This document shows, piece after piece, positions 49,196 to 61,735 of a DNA stretch of 64,000 bases. The position numbers and the translations under genes were made by a program. The stretch is taken from the NCBI RefSeq assembly GCF_036971445.1, contig NC_091472.1, positions 130,262,001 to 130,326,000 of the forward strand, given 5' to 3'. The notes under the pieces are model-generated. The model made no database searches. It saw only the letters and a list, made by a program, of their open reading frames with translations, and was not told the origin of the DNA. How positions within the stretch are numbered: position 1 is the first letter of the stretch; the number at the start of each line of letters is the position of its first letter. Source of the DNA: Narcine bancroftii (taxonomy: Eukaryota).

Positions 49196-50128
49196 CTGAC
49201 GAGATCTAGTAGACAGGGTTGTCCGCTGTCCCTGGCTCTATTCATATTAATATTGAACCGCTGGCAGAAGCCATTTGCCAGGAACCAGGTATTAATGATT
49301 TAGAGTGGGCCAGGAAGAACATAAAATCAATATATTTGTGGATGATATGTGATAATATTTGACAGAACCAACAGGGTCATTGGCCACGCTACTGACTATA
49401 CTGGAAGATTATAGTAAAATCTCAGGATACAAAATCAATTACAATGAGAGTGAAATAATGCCACTTACAGAAGGGGATTATGTTGAGTTTCAGTGGGAGA
49501 GTAAGTTCAAGTGGCCACCAAAGGGGTTTAAGTATTTGGGGATAAGGGTGGACAATAACCTACAAAATCTATATAAATTGAATTATCTCCCTCTGCTTGG
49601 AAAGATCGAGGAGGACCTGCATAGATGGATAAATCTGCCCTTAACATTGATGGCCATGGTTAACTGCATTAAAATGAATGTGATGCCAAGGCTACAATAT
49701 CTTTTTCAAACTTTGCCCATCCCATTGCTCCAGAGTTTCTTTAAGACACTCAACAGATATGTTAGGCAGATTCTTTGGAGGAGTAAAGTGGCTAGAGTCT
49801 CCATGGAGAAATTGATTTGGGATTATAATCAGGGAGGAATGAAACTCTCAGACTTCAAAATATATTATTGGGTAGCCCAAAAGAGGTTTATCGACTCACT
49901 CTTTGAGGAGGGCGGTATACCGTCTTGGGCAAAAATTGATTTACACACAGTAGGGGAGAAGATAGCAGGAGAGATTATGTATAAAATGGGATACTAAATT
50001 AATAACAGGAAAAACAGACAACCCCACAATAAAACATATAGTTCAAACATGGAAAAAGATAAACCAGATTATTGGGTTAAAAGTGGGGTTGTCCCCCATA
50101 ACACCCCTAACCCAGAATAAATTGATAC

Positions 50129-50977
50129 TGTTACAAGTCCAGAGGACCCCAAAACCTAGCAACAATAGATATGCACCACGACAAAGGGTTACTTAAACAA
50201 AAGTTGCTTTTAATTATCTTTGAACATGAAAATAGAATCAAACTTTTACTTATCTCTATTGACTCATTTAACCCCCTTCTAACTCTAAGTGCACGTGTAT
50301 GGAAAGTTCAGCAAAGTTCTTTGGTTCACAGTCCAATCTCATTAGTTGCAGAAAATTCTTGTACTAAGCACAGAATTTAACATTAGTAAAGTTCACCAGG
50401 CTTTAGTGCTTAACAGGTTAATGGTTACCACTCAGAAAGATTCTTGTTGGTTTCAGAGAGAGTTTCTCTTGTTCCAGGACATCCACAACTGATTCCCTTT
50501 TAATCGGCCACTCCAGTGTCTGCTGACGAAACTTTCTCCCTTCAGGATTCTCCAGATGATAACCTCTTTCTTTCTGGTCACCACGGTTCCTTTCTGTTCC
50601 AAGGGAAACACCAGACAGCCAGTCTTCTCCTTTGACCAGGCCGTCTTCCAGCTTGTCCCTCTGAAACCGATGTCTGTGTCTCTCTCCTCTCTCTCTCTCT
50701 CTCTCTCACTCCCTCCAACTCTGAGAACAAAGCCTCTTTTTCTCTGCTCTCTGCCTGCAAATATTACACGACCTTCCAGACAGTAAATGCTCTTTTCAAA
50801 AGCTGCTATTGCCTGTTGTTACATTTGTTGCCTTCTGCAAACAACAGTCCATCATGAGTCTGAGCACTCTTGCAAAAACTGCTGCAAAACCTCTGTGTTT
50901 TAAAGTGTTTGTGTGTGACCTGCTCTAACAAACCTTTCCCAATTTATCTCCCAAACACCTCTATATACTCTGTCACA
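50129..50977 (-). mobile_element. Solo LTR with 4-bp TSD ATAC
   Basis: TGTTACA...TGTCACA termini. ATAC at 50125-50128 and 50978-50981. Internal (CT)n at ~50680-50706. Confidence 0.88.
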
Positions 50978-52829
50978 ATACCTATGATCATGGGTAACAA
51001 GATCCTGGACACCTGGTGCCAGAAAGGGATTAGGAGTATCAAGGGTTAGGGTGAGGGGGGCAACTCATGTCATTCAAGCAATTAAAAAATAAATTTGATC
51101 TGTCAAATAGGACCTTCTTTTGCTATCTTCAATTAAGATCTTTTCTGAGGGGAAGTTTAGGCCCTGCCAATGTGTAATGACATGAAGGCTCTAATTTGAT
51201 TCATTTCTGCTATGTATCTCCTGTTCCAAAATGAGGGCCCGAAACCAGGCCTCCATAAATCAAGCCAGAGGTGGGAGTCAGATTAAGGAACAGCAATCCA
51301 GGAGCGGACCTGGTCCAACTTGTGTCAGACATCTTGACAGCAGTCATTAATGCTAGATATAGGCTGGTGCGATTTAATTTCCTGCCACAAAAATTGCATA
51401 AGGTAAAGACAGAGATATCAGAATTGTGCTTTAGGTGTGGCATGGAGACAGGAATCTTTGTAAGTTCAACCTGACGATGCACCGAAGTGAGGCCCTTTTG
51501 GGTAGAACTAGGGGACATCCTGGAGAAAATTACAGGGATGGAATATCCACAAGACCCAGTGTTGTTCCTGTTGGGGGATATCATGGACATGAGTTGGAGA
51601 CTGTCCAAATACCAAATTCAATTTGTAAAAGTTGCCCTAGTGGTGGCTAGGAAATGTATAGTGGTTTCCTGGAAATCTGACTCCCAGCTGGGCACCACAC
51701 AATGGAACATGAAGATGCAGAGCTGTATTCCCCTGGAGAAAATCACCTATAATCTGAGGAGGAAGTACAACACGTTTGTCGAGGTGTGGCAACCATACTT
51801 GCGGTACATTGGAACTCAGGTATGATTAATCTTCCCAATGCCTTTCTTTAAAAGGAACAGTGGATAGTAGGGTCACACCAGTTCCGGAATGCAAGATTGA
51901 GGCCCGGTCGGCACCCCTTCCCCCCCCCCCTAAGTTATTTTCTGTCAGTTTTTGGTTTTGTTTTAATGCATTTGTATTGTTATTTTCAGTAATTAATGTA
52001 TATTTGTTTTTGTTAATTTAGTGTGGTTGGGGGAGGAAAGGGGGAAACGACTCAATAGAAAGTGCTCTGTAAAAGGGGAAGATTGATCTATATTGCTCAT
52101 GAAGCATGAGTCTGTAAAATCAAAAATTAAATTTTTGAAAAAGTATTTTTAATTGAATTGCAGTCTATCAATAATGAAGGAAACATTAACTGCACAATAG
52201 TATTGTTAAATATACATTTACATTAATGACAATGTCTGTTCTACATCTCAGTTCACCATCCATCAGCTGTGCTTGCACCTCAGTTGCTGGAAGGTTGCTT
52301 CCTTTCAGTGGGATTGTCTGGACTTGGTTGTGATAGGAAACAGTGTGCACCAACAGATTGCCACTGGTGCTCTTATGGGTCTACTCCACCAAGTATCTGG
52401 CTTGGCCTGGATCATACAATTCAGATTACTACCTCTAGGTTCTGCAATACCATCAATAATTATATATTTTAATGGCAGATGAAAGCTCGAGATGTAATTT
52501 GCTCTCAGTTCATGTCTCTGCTCAAGAACAGCAGTTTGGTCTTGGCTGCCAAGGGCCAGAGCAATGATTGGAGTGGTCTAAAGAGCACTGAGGCATGAAG
52601 ATTTTGGGTGACCCTTTATTTAAGATTCATTGGAGACAGAACCCACCTTTAGGAAAAACAGCACTTTGCTCATTAAACACCTTGAGAATTGTGAAGGATG
52701 TATGTCTGGCTCCATATAAAGTCCTCCCTCATGCATCTTGATATTGCTACATTTTTAAGGAGACCATATATGGCACTAAGCATTTTACCAATAGCTTTTC
52801 CATGTATATTCCCCTCATTCATTCCCTGG

Positions 52830-55406
52830 TGTAACGTGACTGATTGCACTCAGAGACAAGTGAGGAGTACAAACAAGCTTTTAATAGCTTACATTCAATG
52901 GCCGGTAGATACAGTAGTCCTCAGGTGAATCTTGAGGGTTTATATTGGGGTAGGTGAGGGAGGAGCCAGCCATCTGAACAACACACAGACAGTGAATTCC
53001 AGTTCACTGCATTCACCCCTTCCCTTAGAGTGGAACCTGTGGGGGAAAAACAGAGACCATACATTAAAAAAAATAGTTTACAAATATTTACAAGTTAAGT
53101 TTGTCAGGGGGGTCTAGTTATTCTGGTTAAGTGTCTCAGTACTGCAGGACTTTGGCTTCCTTTTTTNNNNNNNNNNNNNNNNNNNNNNNNNNNNNNNNNN
53201 NNNNNNNNNNNNNNNNNNNNNNNNNNNNNNNNNNNNNNNNNNNNNNNNNNNNNNNNNNNNNNNNNNNNNNNNNNNNNNNNNNNNNNNNNNNNNNNTCCTG
53301 AACTTCCCTGTGGTACAGGGTTACTGAGTCTTGAGGGTTCTGTCTCTTCATAGAGTGGATTGACCCACTTCCCGATCAGAGTCACCCTGGGTGGGGTACT
53401 TGGTAGTTCCTAGCTTGTTTGAGGCATCGAGTCCTCAGTTCCGGTGGGTGCCAGGTCTCTGATCGAGACGGTGTCCTCTCTACCATTAGGGTATGCCATG
53501 TTGAGTTGGCATGCAGCAGATGCACCTTCTTGATCAGGGGGTTTGTCTTGCTCTTCCTCATGTGCTTTCTCAGCAAGACTGGCTCTGGTCTCATTAGCCA
53601 AATTGGGAGGGTAGTCCTGGATGTGGATTTCCTCTGGAATGTGAACATGTTCATGAGGAGTTGCGTTGGTCACAGTGCAGAGGAGCAACCTGATGGAGTG
53701 GAGCAGTGTGGGTAAGAATTCTTACAGCGTGAGTCTGAATGGCCTTTGGACCAGAGAGCGAATTTCACGGCCTTCCATACCATCATGTTCTCTTTTTCAA
53801 CTTGTCCGTTCCCCCGGGGATTGTAGCTAGTCATCCTGCTTGAGGCAATTCCCCTTATGAGCAGGTACTGGCGTGGCTTTTCACTCTTAGATGATGAGCC
53901 CTGGTTGCTATGGATATAGCTGGGATACCCGAACAGGGTGAAAATAGAGCACAAGGCCCTGATGACCGTGGTCATGTCTGGGCAGAGAATGGCAAATGGA
54001 AAATGTGAATACTCGTTGATAATGCTGAGAAAGTGCACGTTTCCATTGGTGGAAGAGAGGGGACCCTTGAAATCGACATTGAGTTGTTCGAAGGAGCAGG
54101 ATGCCTTTATCGGGTGCGCTTTGTCAGGGCAGTAGAAGTGTAGCTTGCATTCAGCACAGACCTGGCAGGATCTGGTCATTTCCCTGATGTCCTCAATGGT
54201 ATAGGACAGGTTGCGTGACTTGATGAAATGACCCATGTGGGTGATGCCTGGGTGGCAAAGATTAATGTTCAGTGACCACAATTGGCCGGTATGTGCAGAG
54301 GCACAGTTTCCTTTTGATAGGGCATCTGGAGGTTCATTGAAAGAATCTGGCCTGTATGCTATGTCATAATTATAGGTGGAGAGTTCAATCCTCCACCTAG
54401 TGATCTTTTCTTTATTTTACCCCTTTGTGCATTATTAAACATGAATGCCACTAATCGCTGGTCAGTAAACAGTATAAATTTTCTGCCAGCAAGGTAATGC
54501 CTCCAATGCCTGATGGCCTCTGCAATGGCTTGGACCTCTTTCTGCACTGACTACAGTGCTACAGCAGTCTGCCAGGGTTGCAGGGGTCGTGGGTGTCCCA
54601 ATGACCCAGTCCTCTGAAATGGCACCGCTTTTGCCTGTGAGGTCTTCAGCTCCTAGTTGGGCCTGTTCGAGTGCTTTCACCAGCTCCAGGGTGCTGGCCA
54701 AGTCTTTCTTCCCCAACTCTAGCAGTCACTGCCTCACGTAACTCGACCTCACTCCTGCCATGAGGGTGTCCCGGATTTGTTCCTCCTCCCTCACCTGGGC
54801 TGTGACCACTTTGTAGGAGCATTTTCTAGTCAGGGCCCACAGTTCAAGGACATAATCGTCAGCGACTCACCTGGGTGTTGCCAACATTGAGAGAGCCGAT
54901 GTCTCACCAACATGTCATTCTAAGGCCTTGTGTAGTGGGCCTTCAAGCCTTCTATAGCAGACTCGTAAGTTGCACAGTCCCTGATGACAGCGAACCCCTT
55001 GGGGCTGACTCAAGAGAGGTGCTGATCTCCAGAGACTATTGGAGTTGAAGACATCTTGCATGGCCGTCAGGTAAGAATGGAAGCACTCTAGCCAGTAGAC
55101 AAATTCCTCCAACGCCTCTGGGGACAGAGGGTCGACCTGGAGCATGCCTGGTTTCAGCAGGGCTTACATCCTGCTTCAAAGTTAAGCTATTAAATTGTAA
55201 CGTGACTGATTGAACTCAGAGACAAGTGAGGACTACAAACACGCTTTTAATAGCTTACAATAAATGGATGGTGGTTACAATAGTCCTCAGGTGAATGTGA
55301 GGTAAGGCAGGAAAACCAGGGTTTATGTTAGGGTAGATGAGGGTGGAGCCAAGGGAGAAGCCAGCCATCTGAACAATATATAGACAGTGAATTCCAGTTC
55401 ACTGCA
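52830..55406 (-). mobile_element. Gypsy LTR retrotransposon with two LTRs, lacking protease and RT
   Basis: LTRs 52830-53011 and 55196-55406 (TGTAACGTGACTGATTG...GTTCACTGCA). PPT at 53012-53027 (minus aagggaagggtgaa). gag LQVDP..FVYWLECF, RNase H EAIRHWRHYLAGRKF..TDQ, integrase HPG..CQVC, VDFKGPL, SYNPRGNGQVE. Confidence 0.92.
53167..53295. other. Assembly gap (129 N)
   Basis: Run of N bases. Confidence 1.
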
Positions 55407-56743
55407 AGGACATTGGCTTCCCTGTCCTGCTAACATAACTGAAAGGGTTCAGATCCAAAACATTCACTTGTGAATGCTATCTCATCAATTCTTTCTCAAC
55501 TAAAACATGCAAGTGTCAGTTGCTCTCCACTTGAAATCTCACCCTTTCATCTACCCTATTTGAACTTTGCATTATCTCTGTGAGCTAGTATGTGGTGATG
55601 TCACCTGTGATCATTGCTTTGCCATCAGCTTTGGAACATTGTTCCTCTGCAGTTATGAGATAGAGTGAGGTATGTGAGGCAAGTGGTATTTCTGAGGGCT
55701 ATTCAATGATACAAATGAAAAGAACAGAGTGTATACTGTTCATTGGAAGTGTGTTGATCGTCTGCTGTTCCACTCTTGGAGATCCTTCTGTCAAATGACT
55801 TGTCAACCTCATCCATGAGGATTTTGATGTCTAATTCTGTGAACTGGGCTGTCTTCCCTGCATTGCCTCCTTAAGAGCAGTTGCATTACAGAGGGGAGCA
55901 CTTGCACTTGCAATTGTTCTGTCCTTTAATGGAGTTGTGCCCCTTTGTCAGAGTAGGAATGTATCAGTAGATGAGAAATCTTCAGTCCCTATTCATTGTG
56001 AATTCCTTGTGAACAAGGGAAGACAAGCTGAGCATTTTAAATGTGCATAAATAATTTTAGGACAATTGCAATATGTATAGACACAAATTAAAAATATCAT
56101 TTGAAAATAGACCTATTATTGTTGATATTAATCATTTAATGAAAACTGCTCATGTTTTCAGATTTGCTTCATGTCTCTCCAATATAGTCTTTGTTAAACC
56201 AAAATGGAAACGTATGCATTTGAAAGATATTGGAGAATATTTTATCGGCAAATAGATAAAGTCCTTTGAGGTATTTTTACATCAAATGGAAAAATGAACA
56301 AATAGCATGGAAAAGATAAAGAAAGGCCATATTGGAGCTATTTGTGCTTCTGTTGGAAGTATCTATGATTGAAGGATTAACATCCCAATGTACCAGAGTT
56401 CATTAATTGGCTAAATTATGTTCAATTAGGGGAACACCAAAAAAAATTAATGCAGATACAGTTGATTACTTATGCAAAGTTATTTTATGTTACCATTATC
56501 TAATTCCACCATAAACTGCTCATTACCCTGAGGAGGCAGTGGCTGATCTGTTAAAGGAAGTAATGAACTAAAGGAATCAAACTGAGGCTTGCAAGAGAAA
56601 GCAGTGTCATGAATGCTATAAAAATCGTTACAGATGTACCTTATTAGCTGTGAACATCAGTCAATAATCTCTTTTAGGTTGCAATGTTGGGAAAATTGCT
56701 GAAAAAATTAACATAATTACTGCCCGTGTGGTCATTCACTCTG

Positions 56744-56975
56744 GGCGCCTTTTTAGACTACAAGTACCTGAGGGCAACAGTCCCTGTGGTTGGATGTGCA
56801 GTAGAGTGGATGACCGATAACAAATTTTTTCAGTATGATTTACACTGCAAGCTTCCTCAAAAAAAGTTGTCGTGGTGCAGGAATTGACTCAAAATTCCTG
56901 CACATTCCTTTTAGACTGCCCATGTAGCGGCAAAATTCCTTGATTGTGCTGTTACACGCCTGCAGTCTAAAACCC
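56744..56975. mobile_element. Possible Harbinger-like MITE
   Basis: Inverted termini ttttagact / agtctaaaa, with an internal repeat cttttagactgc. Confidence 0.4.
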
Positions 56976-57269
56976 CTATCAGCAAACCATTGTGCTGTCT
57001 CTTGGAATTTCCCAGTTCATTTAGAACTTATACCTTTTCTGCTACATTTCATCAAAATGTTCATGGGTAATGTGGACCTTAATTTGTAATATTAAAGAGT
57101 TATGAGAACAGAAGGGAAGTGAGGTAGAAAGATCAAAAATAGAAAGAAAAACAGTTGAGACCTTGGATACTATGTATTTCTGGTGATTCTTAATGTTCTG
57201 TGATAAGTAGATTGCATTTTTTTTTTGACTGGAAATAAAATTCCTGGGTAGAATTTAGATAAATGTTCA

Positions 57270-58040
57270 TTGGCAACATTCTAAACATTATGGAACAGAA
57301 ACAAGCTTTGACCCAACTTGTCAATGCACTAATTTTTCTACCCAAGTTAGTTCCATTTGCTTGCGACCAGCTGATGTCCTTCGAAAACTTTACGATTTGT
57401 GAACCCGTCCAAATGCCTTTTAAATTTTACAGTTGTATCTGCCTCTACCATTGCCTCTGGCAGTAATTCAAGTTCAAATTTAATATCATCCGACTATGTA
57501 TACAACTCAATGAAACAGTATTTTTTACAGACCACGGTATATATCCATCATTCATTCTGTGAAAAAAGTATCTTTCAGGTCCCTTTTAAATCTTTCCCTT
57601 CTCACTTTAAATTATGACTCCACTACCCTGTGAAAAGGATTATGATTATTTACCTTATCTATACCCTCATGATTTTGTCAATCTTTATAAGGTCTTTCCT
57701 CAGCCTCTCTCCTCCAAGGAGAAAAGACCCAGCTTATCTATGGTCTTCTTGTAATTTTAAGCCTGCCAATCTTGTTACATGGTTGTGAATCTTTTCTGCA
57801 TCTTTTCCACCGTAATGATAGTTTTCCTACAGTTGGGTGACCAGAACTGCACAGTAATCCCAAGTGTGGTCAAACAGTTATGCCATGACATGCAGCTCCT
57901 GTACCCTGACCAATGAAAGCAAGCCAACCAAACACTTTCTTTACCCCGCTACTTACTCGTGTTGCCACTTTCATGGGACAATGTATCTGGACCCTGACTT
58001 ATCTCTATTCTTAACATTCTCTAGAGCCTAACCATTTACT
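57270..58040 (-). mobile_element. CR1 3' fragment
   Basis: Reverse-strand CR1 motifs ccagaactgcacagta, ttatctataccctcatgatttt, accattgcctctggcag. Confidence 0.75.
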
Positions 58041-58619
58041 GTGTGGCTTCTGTGGTTTTGATTGATTCAGTTGCAATAAACTTTACCGATAATTTCAGTA
58101 CCACACAGTTCTGTGACAAGATGTTAAATGGTATTGAGATTCTAATTGTGCAACAGAACTCCTATTTTAATTTTCCCCCCTTTAGTGGCAAGGCTAGAAT
58201 ATCAGAAACAGATAATTATGAGCCCTGCAATAATTTTAACCACCCTTCCTATCCTATTCCTACCAATGCACAGGGTTAAAGTAGTCCTTAAATACTTACA
58301 GTTGGCAAAATTTTTGAGAAGTAGATAGAAAGAAAGGCAGAAAGTCACAAAAAGAATGAAAAGCTTGTTTTTTGTTTGCTTATTTTGAATTAATTTCTTC
58401 ATTAACAGTTGCCATTTAGTGATATTCAAATTTTCTTTGAGGGAAGCAAATGTGTATCGGAGGAAAGTAAGAGATGGGAAACTATGTATGTGAGGGCCCT
58501 CCAATTGTATATCTTCAAAGTGACAGCAAGGAATGGCAAAAGGTATGTGGATGCCAGCAGTTCATGAGGATGCATAATATTAAAGGGTGGAACAAGGGTG
58601 TTTCAGAGGAAGAGAGGGA

Positions 58620-59090
58620 AAGTGGTGAAAGTAATATTGGTTGTCCTTCGGTTCGAAGAAGACACGTTGTTGTGCAGTTCATCTGTGGACATGAAGGTAA
58701 CTTTGCAGTCCAAGTCTGGAAGCACAGAGTCTAGTACCATGGGGACACTGGAAGTCCATTTTTGTAATAACTGTAGCTGCTGCTTTGTGACGCCATTCAC
58801 AGTTTTCCATAAGTTTTTGGCAGCGCCTGTCTTCAAAACTGGTTGGTGTAGGCTTCATAGCACAGGTTTTGCCCACAGGATCTGTAAGCAGCCACAGCTT
58901 CTAGTTCTCTTGGCTGGATGTCACAGTAGCGTAGGATTTCCTTCACAGCGTCTTAATAGTGCTTGCTTGGATGACTTTGAGGCCTCCTTCTGGTCTTCAG
59001 TTCATGATAGAGCATTCCAGGATCAGCAATGTCAGCCAGGCTCTGGGGAGGCTGCATATCAGAATGCTCAATCAACACAACTTTGGCATC
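58620..59090 (-). mobile_element. Old RTE LINE 3' fragment
   Basis: Minus-strand remnants FEDRR, RLCASRLGLQSY resemble the RTE C-terminus at 19990-20150. Confidence 0.55.
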
Positions 59091-59734
59091 TCCATGTAAT
59101 GGAGGATTTAGACCATGCTTTTGCTTATACAAGTTTAAGTATCAGTAATCGACTTTGAGAATAATGTATGAAGCAGCCATAATCTAAATTCCACCATGGG
59201 GCCCAGAGATCAGAATCAGCAGACATAATCTAATTTACACATGAGGCCCAGAGATGCAGTTGTCTTTTGTTGGTCGCAGACTGTCAGGAGACCTTGAAGA
59301 TAAGTAAACATTTATTCAGGGTGATGGGCTATGAGTAAACAAGTTTTTGGGTAATATAAGCCATGGTTCCGCTGCTGAAGTTTCAGACTCTCTGAGGGGT
59401 GGGAACATCTCTCAGCAAGAAGAAGAACTTCAAAGAGTCCAACCAACGTCCCAATCGGGGGAGGTGGAGAAGCTGCTACCGGCGCCCCGACAACCTACTA
59501 CAAGTGTGCGGTCGTTGCCTCGCTTCGGGAGTTGGGATCAGTCCAGGCGTTGATAAGTATAATTGGGAAGGGCTTGCATATTGTAGTTTGAAATCAGCTT
59601 TAGATTTAGTAATAAAGATTTGTATAAACTGCAATGCTCTCGGCATGTGTCTCTGTTTTCTTTCGGTAGCTCAAACACTGTGATCAATCTAAAACGAACA
59701 AAGTGAGAGGTACGAGTTTACCCAGGACACTCCA

Positions 59735-59990
59735 CAAAGCTGAAAGTCTACAGAGCTGTGATCATCCCTTCTCTCCTATATGGATGTGATCCTAGACTCT
59801 GTATCGACTTCACATCAAACAACTGGAGAAATTCCATATGTGCGTCCTCCATTCCACCCATGGCATTCGTTGGTAAGACTGTCTCCAACCTGGAGATCTT
59901 GGGTTGCGTGAAGTCCACCAGCATTGAGTTCTTGATCATCAGAGCCCAGATGCAGTGGGTGGGATATGGCATCAGAATAGTGGAAGTAAA
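59735..59990 (+). mobile_element. Old RTE LINE fragment
   Basis: TKLKVYRAVIIPSLLYGC ... SNLEIL...STSIEFLIIRAQMQWVGY. Confidence 0.7.
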
Positions 59991-61072
59991 TCCAGTTCTA
60001 AACCGTCAAATAGTTAAAAGACAGTGGACAAATAGAAACAAAGGGGTATAGAAAACACATGATGGAATAGTATATGAAAGATGTCACTGAAGACCACATT
60101 TCCCTCCAAATTCCATCCATATGCAGTTTGCAACCACTGGTGGTATTTTTGGTTTTCATCAATCTCTTGCTCAAGGGGAAAGAGGAAATGAAACAGGAAG
60201 AATGGGAGAGAAGAGCAGGATTGGCAAAGTACAAAAGAAGAACAGCAGAAACTGGTAAGGATGCTACTAAAAATATATCTTGTTAGATGGCACTAGTGAT
60301 AACTTCATGTAGACTGGATGTTTTACTTTTATGGGAATTCACTTGTGTTGCTCAATATTAATTGGGATGTCACACAAACATTTTGACTCAGACTAAGCAC
60401 TTGCATTCTTTACATGCATCTCAAACTTTCCAAAAGGGGACCAAGGATTATCAAATTAAAACTACAAAAATTAATGATAATTGAAGTATTTTTCATGTTA
60501 AGCTTTTATGTTGTTGACATTTGTTTCCACTGCTAAATATGCCTTGTGATTTGTCATTCATAAAAATGTCTTCAAAAATTATTCAATCTAGTCTATTCAG
60601 CAGAAAATAAGCTTGTTTCTCACACCCAGTAATCTATTAATTATGAAAAAGGCTGTTATTTATGCTTTTTTGTTATCTACTTATCTGTCATGTCTTTTGT
60701 GGCCATCTGAAATTTGGAGCAGAGCAAAAAAGGATTGAAAATTGAATATGGTCTCAGTGTTACCAATAAGGCAATAGCCTAAGTGTTGTGATGTGTAAAA
60801 TCAGTGTGATGTCACAGTATAATCCTTATACATAGCTGGATGACATAATATAGACTCTGTACAAACTTGGAAAAAGGTTAATACAGTTTAAATTGTTCTG
60901 TAAACTTACCAAAGATTCATGCCACATATCAAATGCATTATAGAATGCAAGTGGGAAAGAAAGCAACAGGGATGTCTCATCAAGATAATTGAAAAACTTA
61001 AATAATATCTGGAAGGGGTGAGAAGGACAGAGAGCACCCTAAAAGGTTGCTCAGTCACCTTTTCAAAGAACA

Positions 61073-61735
61073 ATGGAGAAACAAGTTTCTAAGAGACACA
61101 AGAATGGAGGAAGAGGTGAAAATAATGCATTAGGATATAATAATATCAAGGAGAACCACCCCAGGCTTCTTAAAGATTGTGCATATCCCTGCAGGCCCAC
61201 AATGATGTGCTGGGAATTGTATTCAAATCTGTTGCCAATTAACACTGATAGGTTTTGTTCATTTAGGAAGCCAAGTGTAAACGATGAGTTTGATGAAGAT
61301 TCACGCAATAGCCAAACTTCATGGGTAAATCCATATTGTGATGAGCAAGTGTCAAAAATGATTAAAACGCTGTTTCTGGGCACAAACCGGAAAGAAGATC
61401 TGGAAAGAACTAGATATTACAACAAAAGATCAATCCTTCCTGAATTTACCCTGCCTCTTACTCAATACCAAGCTAAGTGCTGGGTACCAAACTTCAAAGA
61501 AGATCTTGGTGAGGGTTCTTCACTCTGTGAATGTCCATTTCATGCTTCAATGCGAAAAGACCCCACAATGAGGAATGTCCATGTGGAAAACAAGTATGCT
61601 AACAATCTAATGGACTTGTGTCAGGATGAAAAGAACCTTTTCAAGCCTTGTATGTGCGTAAAACCCATGCAAGATGAAGAAATTGACAGATTCCTTCATG
61701 CCCTTACTGAAAACGATTCAAGAAGGCTTTTTTGA
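61073..61735 (+). CDS. Uncharacterised 220-aa ORF, apparently single-exon
   Basis: Uninterrupted 663-nt ORF in AT-rich non-repetitive DNA. Strong Kozak context (ACAATGG), in-frame stop upstream at 61040, AATAAA at 62102. No TE or known-domain motifs recognised. Confidence 0.55.
   Translation: MEKQVSKRHKNGGRGENNALGYNNIKENHPRLLKDCAYPCRPTMMCWELYSNLLPINTDRFCSFRKPSVNDEFDEDSRNSQTSWVNPYCDEQVSKMIKTLFLGTNRKEDLERTRYYNKRSILPEFTLPLTQYQAKCWVPNFKEDLGEGSSLCECPFHASMRKDPTMRNVHVENKYANNLMDLCQDEKNLFKPCMCVKPMQDEEIDRFLHALTENDSRRLF

Larger units (their letters stand above)
43990..52142 (+). mobile_element. L1-clade LINE ORF2 (second lineage), decayed, split by Gypsy and solo-LTR insertions
   Basis: APE: NVNGLN, KARGVAILI, GGDFN, SDHSP. 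RT: PGEDGFPPEFYK, LDAEKAFD, RQGCPLS (49212), FKYLGI. C-terminus CFRC, CIPLEKITYNLR. Confidence 0.9.

Noticed and set aside
58598-59158. 186-aa ORF
   Set aside because: It is antisense to an old RTE fragment, has a non-ATG start and shows no motifs.
59174-59258. ~46-bp imperfect tandem duplication
   Set aside because: Two diverged units only, consistent with ordinary slippage.
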